Positions 9,039 to 18,107 are shown, counted from the first letter of the stretch. The stretch: DNA of 64,000 bases from Candidatus Bathyarchaeota archaeon (GCA_963807605.1 CAWECG010000003.1:103243-167242); one strand, 5' to 3'. Notes: generated from the letters alone by a model not told the origin. Numbers and translations are program-made.

Positions 9039-10733
9039 TTGTCTCGACTTCCTGCTTTGACAATTATCATATTAATAGCGATATCCTCACTACTCAGTTC
9101 TACTAGCTGTTCAACAGAAGTTTATATCTCAAAGGCCAGCAGGCTGATGAATATAAACAACTTCGGAATCACCACAATTACAGATGCCTTGACGGTGGCA
9201 AATAACGGAACAAGCCAGATAGAAACGCTATATTTCGGCTTTCCAAAGACCTATGCCAGCGGTCTTGAATCACTTGAAGCTCAGGGGCCCTCAGGCGAAG
9301 CCTTGAAGACAGAGAGGATAGTTAACGAATCCTCGACCAACTACATGGTTAGCTGCAGTCTAGCCAAATCCCTTGCCCCAGGAAGCACATACGAGATCAG
9401 ATTAAGATCAGTCTTTTCCAACTTGGTATCATATAGTGGCAATGAGTTTGTCTTCTCTTACGTAGCTTACCCAACCCTTCCGGTGAGGGCACAAGTCTAC
9501 AACTCGACCATAATCTTTCCAAAGGGCTCAACCCCCACGCAATGGCCCAACAAGACTTACACGGCGACCAACGTCGGAGGTCAGCCCGCGCTGAATGGCA
9601 CTCAGAGGCCGCTAGAACCCTTTTCAACAGTAGATATCTCAATCAGATACTCGAATGATGCTCAACAACTGATCTCTTTCAAATCTGTCAAGAGAGAGAT
9701 TACGATTTCCCCCAGCGGCGAAGTGACTTCAAAAGATACGTACTCGGTATTCAATTTCGGGTCGGAACTGAATGCCTTAACACTCCCACGCCCCCAGAAC
9801 ATAAGCCAAATAATGCTCTATGACTCAGCCGGGGCCATTGAGGATAGACTTCAAGCCCAGAATGACACTATAAGCGTCGCGCCGCGATTCGGAAAGTTGC
9901 CAGGAGAAACCTCATTCACCTTCAGACTCGAATACAATTTAGCCCAGCAAGACGACTTAAAGAGGTTGGAATGGCCTGGAAGATACCGATTCTCAGTTGA
10001 GACAGTCCCCCCCCGCGAATATCTAACCGAGGAGTACCTCGTCAACGTATCTCTGCCAAGAGGATCTAAGTCCGAAGTAGCATCACCACCACCGAATGCA
10101 ACAACTCTCCTTCCAGACGGCGTTGAGGTCCTGACCTATAACCTCGATCGGCTCCTGCCGGGCCAAGCTAGTGCGACAGCTGTTGAATATAGTTATCCGA
10201 TCTTCACACCTTCGATATACCCGCTCCAGTGGGTCTTTTCTCTAGAAGTAATCGTCGGAGCCTTTGCTGCTGCTGTTCTCCTCAAGAGGCCGACGAAAGC
10301 CGCTCCATCGGCTCCACTTGAGAAGATCAGAAGATTCATAGAACTTCAGGACGAGAAGAGGGCTTTGAGGCTCGAATTGGAAAAGAGAAGTGAAGAACTT
10401 GGAAGAGGAGCAGTTACAAAGCAAGATTACCGCAGACGAAGAAGATTGATTGAGACCCGGCTCAGCGAGATCAACAGATCCTTGGCGACATTGAAGACTG
10501 AGATCAAGGCCGTCGACCCAAGATATGACCAGATGACAAGGAGACTTGAGAAGGCTGAAGGAGAAGTAGATGCGCTACGTGCAAGCGAGAGTCAGATCAC
10601 AAGTCAATACAGGTCAGGCCGGATAAGCAAGGAGGTTTATGAATCACTGGTGAGCGACTTGAGGAAACGGATCGAGAAGGCCAAGGACACGGTCGACAGG
10701 ACAATCATAACTCTCAGAGAAGAAGTAAGGTAA
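9039..10733 (+). CDS. type-I membrane glycoprotein: signal peptide, ~390-aa sequon-rich ectodomain, one TM helix, coiled-coil cytoplasmic tail (possible ribophorin-I-like)
   Basis: N-terminal hydrophobic signal (LPALTIIILIAISSLLSS), many N-x-S/T sequons, TM helix WVFSLEVIVGAFAAAVLL, then a Lys/Arg/Glu-rich heptad region. TTG start. Confidence 0.6.
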   Translation: MSRLPALTIIILIAISSLLSSTSCSTEVYISKASRLMNINNFGITTITDALTVANNGTSQIETLYFGFPKTYASGLESLEAQGPSGEALKTERIVNESSTNYMVSCSLAKSLAPGSTYEIRLRSVFSNLVSYSGNEFVFSYVAYPTLPVRAQVYNSTIIFPKGSTPTQWPNKTYTATNVGGQPALNGTQRPLEPFSTVDISIRYSNDAQQLISFKSVKREITISPSGEVTSKDTYSVFNFGSELNALTLPRPQNISQIMLYDSAGAIEDRLQAQNDTISVAPRFGKLPGETSFTFRLEYNLAQQDDLKRLEWPGRYRFSVETVPPREYLTEEYLVNVSLPRGSKSEVASPPPNATTLLPDGVEVLTYNLDRLLPGQASATAVEYSYPIFTPSIYPLQWVFSLEVIVGAFAAAVLLKRPTKAAPSAPLEKIRRFIELQDEKRALRLELEKRSEELGRGAVTKQDYRRRRRLIETRLSEINRSLATLKTEIKAVDPRYDQMTRRLEKAEGEVDALRASESQITSQYRSGRISKEVYESLVSDLRKRIEKAKDTVDRTIITLREEVR

Positions 10734-10844
10734 TTACGTCCGCTTCCAAACTTGACTTGTCTTTTCACAGTTGTTTGATGTTTGGCCTTGGACATAAATG
10801 TCCACTACGGCCCTTCTGATAGACCGAGCCCCTGTTACACCAGT

Positions 10845-10852
10845 CGCGCGCG
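10845..10852. repeat. alternating-GC element CGCGCGCG
   Basis: Lies between convergent genes, 15 nt past the stop (10868-10870) of the minus-strand DapA-Fae gene. Confidence 0.9.
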
Positions 10853-10867
10853 TCGCAACCAGACAGA

Positions 10868-12352
10868 TCAAGGTGAATATCTGAAGGGATGCTTCGCCAT
10901 CTCACTATCCCTAAGAAGTTCCTCTACTGTTGGTCTACCTTCGACGGCCTTTCTAGTCGCGTGTCTCATAGCTTTGTAGTTGTTTATGTAGACCCGTTTT
11001 CTATCCACTGCAGAGGGATGAACAAAAACATTCGTTATTACGATCAGTTCGTCGACGACAGCCTCAGGTAGCGTGCCGTCGCCCACACAGTCCATAACTG
11101 CCTTTGCAACAGCTGCTTGAGCAGGACCGTAGACCATGCTCGCCTGCCGCATATTCTTAATTGTCACTGTCGGAATGATCAGGGTTGTCGGCTTGACAGC
11201 GAGATTTGGTTCAAGGATGGCGATCAGTGGTTCGTGACCTGCAGAGGGCGTTGCCCTAGCCTTTGCGAAGGCTTCCGCCAAGGGACCGTCCCTACTTCCC
11301 AACATCACTTCTATGTGAGCAACCTCGGGGCCCGACCCCGCAAGTGACTCTCCGGTCTTGAGTCTAAAGTTCTTGACGAATTCATCTGTGACACCTATTT
11401 TGGCAAATCCCTCAGCTACAAGTTTGGGAGACTCAACTTCTGCTGCGGTAGATTTCACTTTTAGTTTCCCAATCTTCTCCAAGTCGATCCTCAACTCTTC
11501 CATATCCTCGTAAGTCAACTCTCCTCCAACAGATAGCGGCAGCCTAACGGGCCCCACTTTGACTCCTAACATGTTGAGCGCAGCCTTAGACCCAACTGGA
11601 CCGCTTCGAGCTGTGATTCTGGCAATCTTCTGGATCCCCAGTTGAGTCACCCGTCCTGAATTGAGGTCTCCCTTCTTCACTGCATCATAGACTTTGACCC
11701 AGACATCAGGTATGAAATTCGCACTCGCAAGGATCATACCTGATGCTCCGACTGCAAGTGCTGGAAGGACAACTTCGTCGTGCCCGCATAGCACCGAGAG
11801 CCTAGAGCCTGTCTTCTCGAAGACAGAGAGCATGTATCTTAGTTCTCCACTGCTATCCTTGAGTCCAATTATGTTAGGAATCTCAACAAGGTCTTCCACC
11901 ATCTGCCAGCTTAGGTTCACACCAGTGGCTTGGGGGATATTGTATAAGATAATTGGAAGATCAACTGCCTCAGTCAGTGTTCTGTAATGTTCGTAGATCC
12001 CCCTATCCATGGGCTTGTGATAGTATGGCGTAACCACAAGGGCAGCATCAGCACCAACATCTTTAGCGTGTCGTGTCAACTCTATGGTTAGTTTGGTGCT
12101 GCTGTGTCCAGTCCCGGCTATGACAGGGATCCTCCCTTTAGCCTGGTCCACCACGATCTCAATGACCTTCTTTCTCTCATCCAATGAGAGGTTCTGAAAT
12201 TCACCCGTTGTACCGCATGGTACCAAGGCTGAGACGCCCCGCTCAATAACGTAGTCGACTAACCCTCTAAGCCGTCTTTCGTCTACCTGGTTTCCATCAT
12301 CAGTAAAGGGGGTTACAAGAGCCGGCATTACACCCTGAGGTCTGAACACCAT
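10868..12352 (-). CDS. fusion protein: DapA/DHDPS-family class I aldolase (N-terminal ~300 aa) + formaldehyde-activating enzyme Fae (C-terminal ~165 aa)
   Basis: N-terminal half: TPF...GTTGE...YNIP...GLKDSSG (Schiff-base Lys motif). C-terminal half: GSGPEVAHIEVMLGSRDGPLAEAF...SAGHEPLIAILEPNLAVKPTTLIIPTVTIKNMRQASMVYGPAQAAVAKAV, a close match to the canonical Fae sequence. Confidence 0.8.
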   Translation of the reverse strand: MVFRPQGVMPALVTPFTDDGNQVDERRLRGLVDYVIERGVSALVPCGTTGEFQNLSLDERKKVIEIVVDQAKGRIPVIAGTGHSSTKLTIELTRHAKDVGADAALVVTPYYHKPMDRGIYEHYRTLTEAVDLPIILYNIPQATGVNLSWQMVEDLVEIPNIIGLKDSSGELRYMLSVFEKTGSRLSVLCGHDEVVLPALAVGASGMILASANFIPDVWVKVYDAVKKGDLNSGRVTQLGIQKIARITARSGPVGSKAALNMLGVKVGPVRLPLSVGGELTYEDMEELRIDLEKIGKLKVKSTAAEVESPKLVAEGFAKIGVTDEFVKNFRLKTGESLAGSGPEVAHIEVMLGSRDGPLAEAFAKARATPSAGHEPLIAILEPNLAVKPTTLIIPTVTIKNMRQASMVYGPAQAAVAKAVMDCVGDGTLPEAVVDELIVITNVFVHPSAVDRKRVYINNYKAMRHATRKAVEGRPTVEELLRDSEMAKHPFRYSP

Positions 12353-12530
12353 AGACCGATCACTTAGACAGCATTAGCCCTGTCAAATAATGGGAGACTT
12401 AATAAAACTAGCTTAGGCTAAGCAGAGATGAAAAGCCGGATTCTTGGAATTTGGAAAGTCGGTGAAGCCGGCTATGTAAGCTTATCCCAAGTATTTGATT
12501 TATGATGGTTTCAAGCGGGTTCTGCAGCTA

Positions 12531-12830
12531 CTACGCTTGCTTGGGTGCTGGTTGTCCTTCGCGCTTTAGAACGATCTCAATAGACGACACTGATCTGTTG
12601 CCACCTTCCTCCAACTTGACCTCCTCAGTGCTAATGGACACACCATCGATCTTCAAGTTGGTCAGAAACCTTCTCCTCGTAATCTCGGCGACGTCAACTG
12701 CTGTAGTGATGGCTCGACCTCTGGCTTTAAGGACAACTTCATTATTCCCGACGCTTAAACGACTCACAACGGATAGGACGTAGGTCATTAAGGGTTTCCT
12801 CCCGATGTAGATAGTGTTTGAATCCAACAA
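12531..12830 (-). CDS. albA: chromatin protein Alba (Sac10b family)
   Basis: IYIGRKPLMTYV...VVLKARGRAITTAVDVAEI...RSVSSIEIVL is the canonical Alba pattern. TTG start. Confidence 0.9.
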   Translation of the reverse strand: MLDSNTIYIGRKPLMTYVLSVVSRLSVGNNEVVLKARGRAITTAVDVAEITRRRFLTNLKIDGVSISTEEVKLEEGGNRSVSSIEIVLKREGQPAPKQA

Positions 12831-13112
12831 ATCTCACCCGCTTTCTAGACGTAGTCTACCTAACAAGGATTTAAGGTTGATATTAGCATTCGGATCTCAC
12901 GGCGTCTTCTTAAAGACGTTGGTTTTAGTGGCAATTTCTAGAATACCTGAAAGCTTGTAGGAAACGAAGAAATAACCATCGCATGAAAAATAGAACCGGT
13001 AAACGTGATTAGAACTCAGCATTTGCGAATAGCTATTCTAACGCGACCGTTAACTAGCTACGTTGCACGACCAAAAACATATTAGCTGCACCCTATTTTT
13101 TTCCCTTCAGAC

Positions 13113-14099
13113 ATGACCAATTCAAGAATGCGCAAGAAGAAGCGCCAAATTGGGAAACGATCCCTTGAAATCGCATTCTTGGCTTTGATGATCGGCCTTG
13201 TCGTCTTTGCAGTCCACGACTGGTTCATTCAACAGGGATCGGAGGAGACCAATTCTTCAAGAAAAGCTGCCTTGATCGATCAGCTCTCAATCACTTATCC
13301 AAACCCTAGTTTTACTCACGAGTTCACCAAGATCTTAAAGGATTCTGGATTCACCTCTGACGTCTACAGCGGCTCTCAGGTGAATATCGACCTCTACAGA
13401 AGACTACCATCTCTAGGGTACAAGCTCATAGTATTCAGAGTTCATCAATCTACCCCCGTTGAGTATCTGCTCCCGAATAACAGACCGGTAACTGGATCTC
13501 CAGTATACCTCTTTACAGGCGAACCTTATGACCAGCGCGAGTATCTGGTAGAGCAGCTCTCAGATCTTATCGTTCCTGCAAGAGAGTTCAATGGATCCAC
13601 GATCTACTTTGCGATAGGTCCACAATTTGTTCAGTCCATGTCTGGCAAATTCCCAAGTACAGTGATAATTCTCGCAGGCTGCTCAGGTCTTTACAGCGCG
13701 GATCTTGCCGATTCATTCATAGTGAAAGGTGCTTCGGTAGTAGTTGGATGGCAAAGGTTTGTACAGATGGACTATACTGACAAGGCGATCATTCGTTTTC
13801 TTAGGGCCTTGCTTCTTGAGCGGAGTACGATATTCAGAAGCATCATGACCATGACTAGCGATGTGGGCCTAGATCCCACCTATAAGACCAACTTACTCTG
13901 CTATCCGGAGGAGAGAATGGGGCTGACCTTCAGCGAAGCTATTGAATTAAATGAGAAAGTGATAGTAGTCCAGCAGATAGGTGTGCAATTCGCAATATTC
14001 GGCAAATATTGTCTGAAGCCTTTCCAGAAAGCAGATGAGGAGCGTCGGGCTTCGTTAATACATCTTCTCCCTTTCGGTCGGTTGCGACACCCATTTTGA
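13113..14099 (+). CDS. membrane-anchored hypothetical protein (weak clan-CD/caspase-fold-like His...Cys pattern)
   Basis: N-terminal basic stretch plus TM helix (LEIAFLALMIGLVVFAV). Strand-then-His (LIVFRVHQS) and strand-then-Cys (VIILAGCSG) arrangement. Confidence 0.5.
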   Translation: MTNSRMRKKKRQIGKRSLEIAFLALMIGLVVFAVHDWFIQQGSEETNSSRKAALIDQLSITYPNPSFTHEFTKILKDSGFTSDVYSGSQVNIDLYRRLPSLGYKLIVFRVHQSTPVEYLLPNNRPVTGSPVYLFTGEPYDQREYLVEQLSDLIVPAREFNGSTIYFAIGPQFVQSMSGKFPSTVIILAGCSGLYSADLADSFIVKGASVVVGWQRFVQMDYTDKAIIRFLRALLLERSTIFRSIMTMTSDVGLDPTYKTNLLCYPEERMGLTFSEAIELNEKVIVVQQIGVQFAIFGKYCLKPFQKADEERRASLIHLLPFGRLRHPF

Positions 14100-14176
14100 T
14101 TCCTATTGGAATATTTCCTCCATCAAACTATTAATAACAGCAAAAGTAATTCAGCCGTCAAATCGAGCTGACATGC

Positions 14177-15676
14177 TTGAAAATTCACCGAACGATAGAA
14201 CAGATCAATGAGAAAATACGGAAAGGCGAGGCAACGGTCGTTACAGCGGAGGAAATGACTGAAATTGTCAGAAGCCGAGGAGTTGAAGTTGCTGCTAGAG
14301 ATGTCGACGTGGTCACGACTGGGACCTTTGGTGCAATGTGCGGTTCAGGCGTTTTCCTGAATTTCGGTCACTCCGACCCTCCAATCAAGATGGAGAGTGT
14401 TACACTAAATGGCGTCGAGGCCTATCACGGAAACGCAGCTGTGGATGCATATCTCGGCGCGACGAAGATGCACCCGGAAAAAAGGTTTGATTACGGTGGA
14501 GGCCACGTAATAGAGGATCTCGTCTCTGGTAAAGAAGTAGAGCTAGTCGCTACTGGGTACGGCACAGACTGTTATCCAAGGAAGTCTATCAGAACATCGG
14601 TAACCATAGATGATCTAAACCAGGCAATCCTCTGCAATCCAAGAAATGCCTATCAGAAGTACAACGCTGCCACAAATGGAAGGGACGAGTTGATATACAC
14701 TTACATGGGAAAGCTCCTCCCAAATTATGGGAACGCCACATACTCCGGCTCCGGTGAACTGAACCCTCTTACAAACGATCCTGATTACGAGAGCATAGGT
14801 GTGGGCACACGGATCTTTCTCGGCGGCGGAATAGGATACGTAACCGGTCCCGGAACCCAACATGAACCAGCAAACGGATTAGGCACCCTGATGGTTCAGG
14901 GCGACCTCAAAAGGATGAACTCAAAATTCCTCAGAGGCGGCAGCTTCACGAACTATGGTGCAACACTCTACGTCGGGCTTGGCATACCGATACCAATACT
15001 CAACGAGGGACTGGCCATGAAGACTGGCGTAAGTGACGAAGAGGTCAAGACGAATCTCTTGGACTATGGGATCCCACGCAGGAGCAGACCGATCATTAAA
15101 GTGACGGACTATGCGGAACTCAAATCAGGAAAGATAAGGCTGAAAGATAGAACAATCCCCGTCACCGCCCTCTCAAGTCTCAGGCTTGCGAGAGAAGTTG
15201 CGTCAACATTGAAACGTTGGATCAACGAAGGAAAGTTTCTACTCACATCTCCACAGGAAAGGCTACCACATGTAGGAACACTGAAACCAATGAAGATAAG
15301 CAGAGAAACATTATTCGCTCAGAACATAATGGTTCCTGCTGTAACATGCAAACCTGAAGAAGATATCGATACAGTAGCCAGGCGAATAGTTGAAGAGAAC
15401 GTCAATCATGTGGTTGCTGTAGAACCAGCAGGAGCGCTCAGCGGCATCGTCACCTCATTCGACATTACTAGAGCCGTCGCTCTGAAAAAGCGCAAACTCT
15501 CTGACGTGATGACCAAGCAGGTCGTGACAGCCTCACCAGACGAGCCTATTGAGTCATGTGTGCGGAAGATGAAGAAACACGATATCTCAGCCCTACCAGT
15601 TATCGATGCGGAGAGGAATATTCTCGGCATCGTGACCAGTGAACGAATCAGCAGATTGTTTGGGGAGTACCAGTAG
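14177..15676 (+). CDS. homocysteine-biosynthesis protein, COG1900 (DUF39) domain fused to two CBS domains (MJ0100/MA1821-type)
   Basis: The N-terminus KTIEQINEKIRKGEATVVTAEEM plus a C-terminal CBS pair matches the archaeal L-aspartate-semialdehyde sulfurtransferase family. TTG start. Confidence 0.85.
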   Translation: MKIHRTIEQINEKIRKGEATVVTAEEMTEIVRSRGVEVAARDVDVVTTGTFGAMCGSGVFLNFGHSDPPIKMESVTLNGVEAYHGNAAVDAYLGATKMHPEKRFDYGGGHVIEDLVSGKEVELVATGYGTDCYPRKSIRTSVTIDDLNQAILCNPRNAYQKYNAATNGRDELIYTYMGKLLPNYGNATYSGSGELNPLTNDPDYESIGVGTRIFLGGGIGYVTGPGTQHEPANGLGTLMVQGDLKRMNSKFLRGGSFTNYGATLYVGLGIPIPILNEGLAMKTGVSDEEVKTNLLDYGIPRRSRPIIKVTDYAELKSGKIRLKDRTIPVTALSSLRLAREVASTLKRWINEGKFLLTSPQERLPHVGTLKPMKISRETLFAQNIMVPAVTCKPEEDIDTVARRIVEENVNHVVAVEPAGALSGIVTSFDITRAVALKKRKLSDVMTKQVVTASPDEPIESCVRKMKKHDISALPVIDAERNILGIVTSERISRLFGEYQ

Positions 15677-15677
15677 T

Positions 15678-16061
15678 ATGAAGGCACGTTTAAGATTCAA
15701 CAAGGAAAGGACCGCAGAGCCGATCATATCCTCGGTAATACTGAAGACCAAGGCTCCAATAAACATCCTTCGAGCCGAAGTGGACGAGAGCGAAGGAGAA
15801 GTTCTTGTTGAGGTTCCAGATGAGAAGGCAGAGGGGACTATCGCAGCCTTCAAACAGATGGGCGTCGATGTTCAAGTCGGACGATTCATAGAGATTTCGC
15901 GTGAGAGATGCATTGACTGTGGACATTGCATAACGATATGCCCGGTTGCAGCCATAGCAGCAGGAGAGGACCTCTCGGTCAACATCGATCCTCAGAAGTG
16001 CATAAATTGTGGGGCATGCATCGACTCCTGCCCAACAAGAGCTATCAAGATGCTCCAGTAG
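15678..16061 (+). CDS. NIL-domain / 2x[4Fe-4S] ferredoxin protein (MJ0099/MA1822-type partner of COG1900)
   Basis: ATG 15678, internal to the track ORF. Contains CIDCGHCITICP and CINCGACIDSCP ferredoxin motifs after a NIL-like domain. Confidence 0.8.
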   Translation: MKARLRFNKERTAEPIISSVILKTKAPINILRAEVDESEGEVLVEVPDEKAEGTIAAFKQMGVDVQVGRFIEISRERCIDCGHCITICPVAAIAAGEDLSVNIDPQKCINCGACIDSCPTRAIKMLQ

Positions 16062-16072
16062 GAGGGTGGGAC

Positions 16073-16804
16073 ATGGCAGAGGCACTTACATATCGAAGAG
16101 TAATCGGAGAGTCTTCAATACTAGTCAAGACGGACTTTCATGAGACTGCTGAAGCTGCCTTCCAAACGATCACCAGGAATAGAGTGGAACTTGAGAGGTA
16201 CGTAAGAGCCTTCCCTGAATTTCTCCTCGCGCTAGATCCCCTGAGAGTAAGCCAAGACGCTCCTGAGATCGTCGTGAGGATGTCTCAAGCCGCTGAAAAG
16301 GCAAATGTAGGCCCGATGGCTGCTGTTGCCGGAGCCTTGGCGGATCTCGCAACCGAGGAGATGACTAGACAGGGGGCAAAGATTGCAGTCGTCGAGAACG
16401 GTGGAGAGATCTCGATCCGAAGTGAAGTCAAGGTGGATGTGGCAATATATTCAGGGAAATCTCCTATCTCCGGAAGACTTGGCTTCCGAATCCTTCCACA
16501 TGAGATTCCTCTTGGCCTTGCCACAAGCTCCGGCACTGTAGGCCATGCTCTGAGCTTCGGTTTTGCCGATTCAGCCACAGTCATAGCTGATGATGCAGCT
16601 CTGGCGGATGCAGCGGCGACGGCGGTCTGTAATGCTGTTGAAGACGAAGATTTGGAGATTTCGATCCAGAAGGGTTTGAAGGTTGCCAGTACAATTCAAG
16701 GAGTTAGAGGAGCTCTAATAGTTAGAGACGACCATGTGGGCATGGTCGGGCGTCTTCCAGAACTAATCGGCATAGACCTTTGTTCTCAGTCTCAATCGCG
16801 TTAG
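16073..16804 (+). CDS. UPF0280 / COG2122 ApbE-like protein
   Basis: ATG 16073 is preceded by GGAGGG. GPMAAVAGALAD...VENGGEI...GLATSSG are UPF0280-type motifs. Third member of the sulfur-assimilation trio. Confidence 0.7.
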   Translation: MAEALTYRRVIGESSILVKTDFHETAEAAFQTITRNRVELERYVRAFPEFLLALDPLRVSQDAPEIVVRMSQAAEKANVGPMAAVAGALADLATEEMTRQGAKIAVVENGGEISIRSEVKVDVAIYSGKSPISGRLGFRILPHEIPLGLATSSGTVGHALSFGFADSATVIADDAALADAAATAVCNAVEDEDLEISIQKGLKVASTIQGVRGALIVRDDHVGMVGRLPELIGIDLCSQSQSR

Positions 16805-17568
16805 TGACCAGAGGGAGTGTGGTTGCAAACTCTCCTAAATTCGAGTTTGTAGAACTCTACATCTGATCCTTCACAAGTCGTCACAAGTTGACCTTCATAA
16901 TCAAGACAAACGACCAGTTTCCGTATCTTCTCTAAGGAAGTGCCAGTGGACTTTGCATAGCCCGCCGCGAGCCTGCAGACCTGTGCAACTGAGGAGTCTC
17001 GTGCCCTAGTCTCAAGCTCAACAACCACCGGGTTGCCTTTTCCGTCTCTTAAGAGTGCATCAATAACTCCCGCGTCGGTCTCAAAGTTCCTGCCCAAGGG
17101 AACCATTCCTTTTTCCAAAGATTCAGGGTAGTCGAAGAGTATCTTGATCAATGGATCCTCTAGAATACCTCTTGCCTCACGATACTCATCCGGGCCAACT
17201 CTTAAGATTCTGGAGAGTGCATCAACAGGACTACTATAGCTCGTGCCAAGCAAGTGCGGATAGACATCCAGGGGGGTTCCATTCTTCTTAAGCAGAACAA
17301 CTGGCGTATTCTTTAGATTGAGTCGTTTAGTTCCGGAAAAGGGTAGTATGTGATTTCCTGAGCTGACTATTCTGCCTCTTACCTGCGGCGGTATCGACCT
17401 GATTGATGACTGGAGCCGTTCGATCTCGGTTGAAGTCAGCCGTCCAGTCTCGAAGATCGCGTAATCGGCATTCCACTTAAGTTTCAACTCCTCGAGTACA
17501 GTGGTTAGTTGTTTGAGTTTGGACACGTAGGAACCTTCGGGATCAAAATAAAGGTCGAACTGATACAA
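16801..17568 (-). CDS. hypothetical protein with a C-terminal NucS/DUF91-like PD-(D/E)xK nuclease-fold domain
   Basis: The C-terminal GVIDALLRDGKGNPVVVELETRARDSSVAQVCRLAAGY resembles the D...E-x-K core of RecB-like/NucS endonuclease folds. The N-terminal ~130 aa are unassigned. Confidence 0.45.
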   Translation of the reverse strand: MYQFDLYFDPEGSYVSKLKQLTTVLEELKLKWNADYAIFETGRLTSTEIERLQSSIRSIPPQVRGRIVSSGNHILPFSGTKRLNLKNTPVVLLKKNGTPLDVYPHLLGTSYSSPVDALSRILRVGPDEYREARGILEDPLIKILFDYPESLEKGMVPLGRNFETDAGVIDALLRDGKGNPVVVELETRARDSSVAQVCRLAAGYAKSTGTSLEKIRKLVVCLDYEGQLVTTCEGSDVEFYKLEFRRVCNHTPSGH

Positions 17569-17591
17569 GCCGCCACGACACCGAATGAAGC

Positions 17592-18107
17592 TCAGTATAT
17601 CGAGACCTTGGCTATCCCGGGAACCTTAAGCAGTTTTGGGATCAGTTCGCCGGGCAATTCCTTCTCAGCTATCAGCGTTAGCTTAGGCTCAGGGGAGAGT
17701 TCTGGGTCATCCACTATAGCTTGCCTGATGCTTATGTTGTGCTCAGAGATTAACGTTGAAGCCTTTGCTAAGATTCCTACGGAGTGCGGGTCTTGGGGGG
17801 TTATCTCCAAGACGCCGAATTCGAGATGTTTTGCAATCTCCCTGAGCGATAGACCGGCAGATCTCATATGCGTGAATATCTCCTTCAACTGAGGGTTGGA
17901 GGAGATCGTCTGGATTGTCTTGGTGACGGTTCTCCTATCCACCCCTGCTGCTTGGGCAACCCTTTTTGTCGGGATCTCTATTTGGTTGCAGTAAATCTTC
18001 CCATCCCTTATTGAGAGCCCAGTCTCGATGAGGAGTCGGGCTACTGCAAGTCTTTCTGGGTGTCCTTCCAAATGTTTGGCAATATTGCTCCACATGGTAG
18101 TCCACAT
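17592..18107 (-). CDS. ACT-domain regulator of amino-acid metabolism (COG2150-like, HTH + ACT)
   Basis: HTH-like IPTKRVAQAAGVDRRTVTKTI and a C-terminal ACT-like segment (GILAKASTLISEHNISIRQ). Divergent from trpB2. I use ATG 18107, since the track start at 18200 would overlap trpB2. Confidence 0.6.
   Translation of the reverse strand: MWTTMWSNIAKHLEGHPERLAVARLLIETGLSIRDGKIYCNQIEIPTKRVAQAAGVDRRTVTKTIQTISSNPQLKEIFTHMRSAGLSLREIAKHLEFGVLEITPQDPHSVGILAKASTLISEHNISIRQAIVDDPELSPEPKLTLIAEKELPGELIPKLLKVPGIAKVSIY

Noticed and set aside
12502-12783. 93-aa plus-strand ORF opposite alba.
   Set aside because: Alba on the minus strand is unambiguous, and the antisense ORF has no motif.
12902-12917. Hairpin CGTCTT-CTTA-AAGACG upstream of alba, and an AGCCGG/AGCCGGCT repeat at 12434-12473.
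   Set aside because: They are short and unique, with no accompanying C/D-box or H/ACA features. They could be chance.
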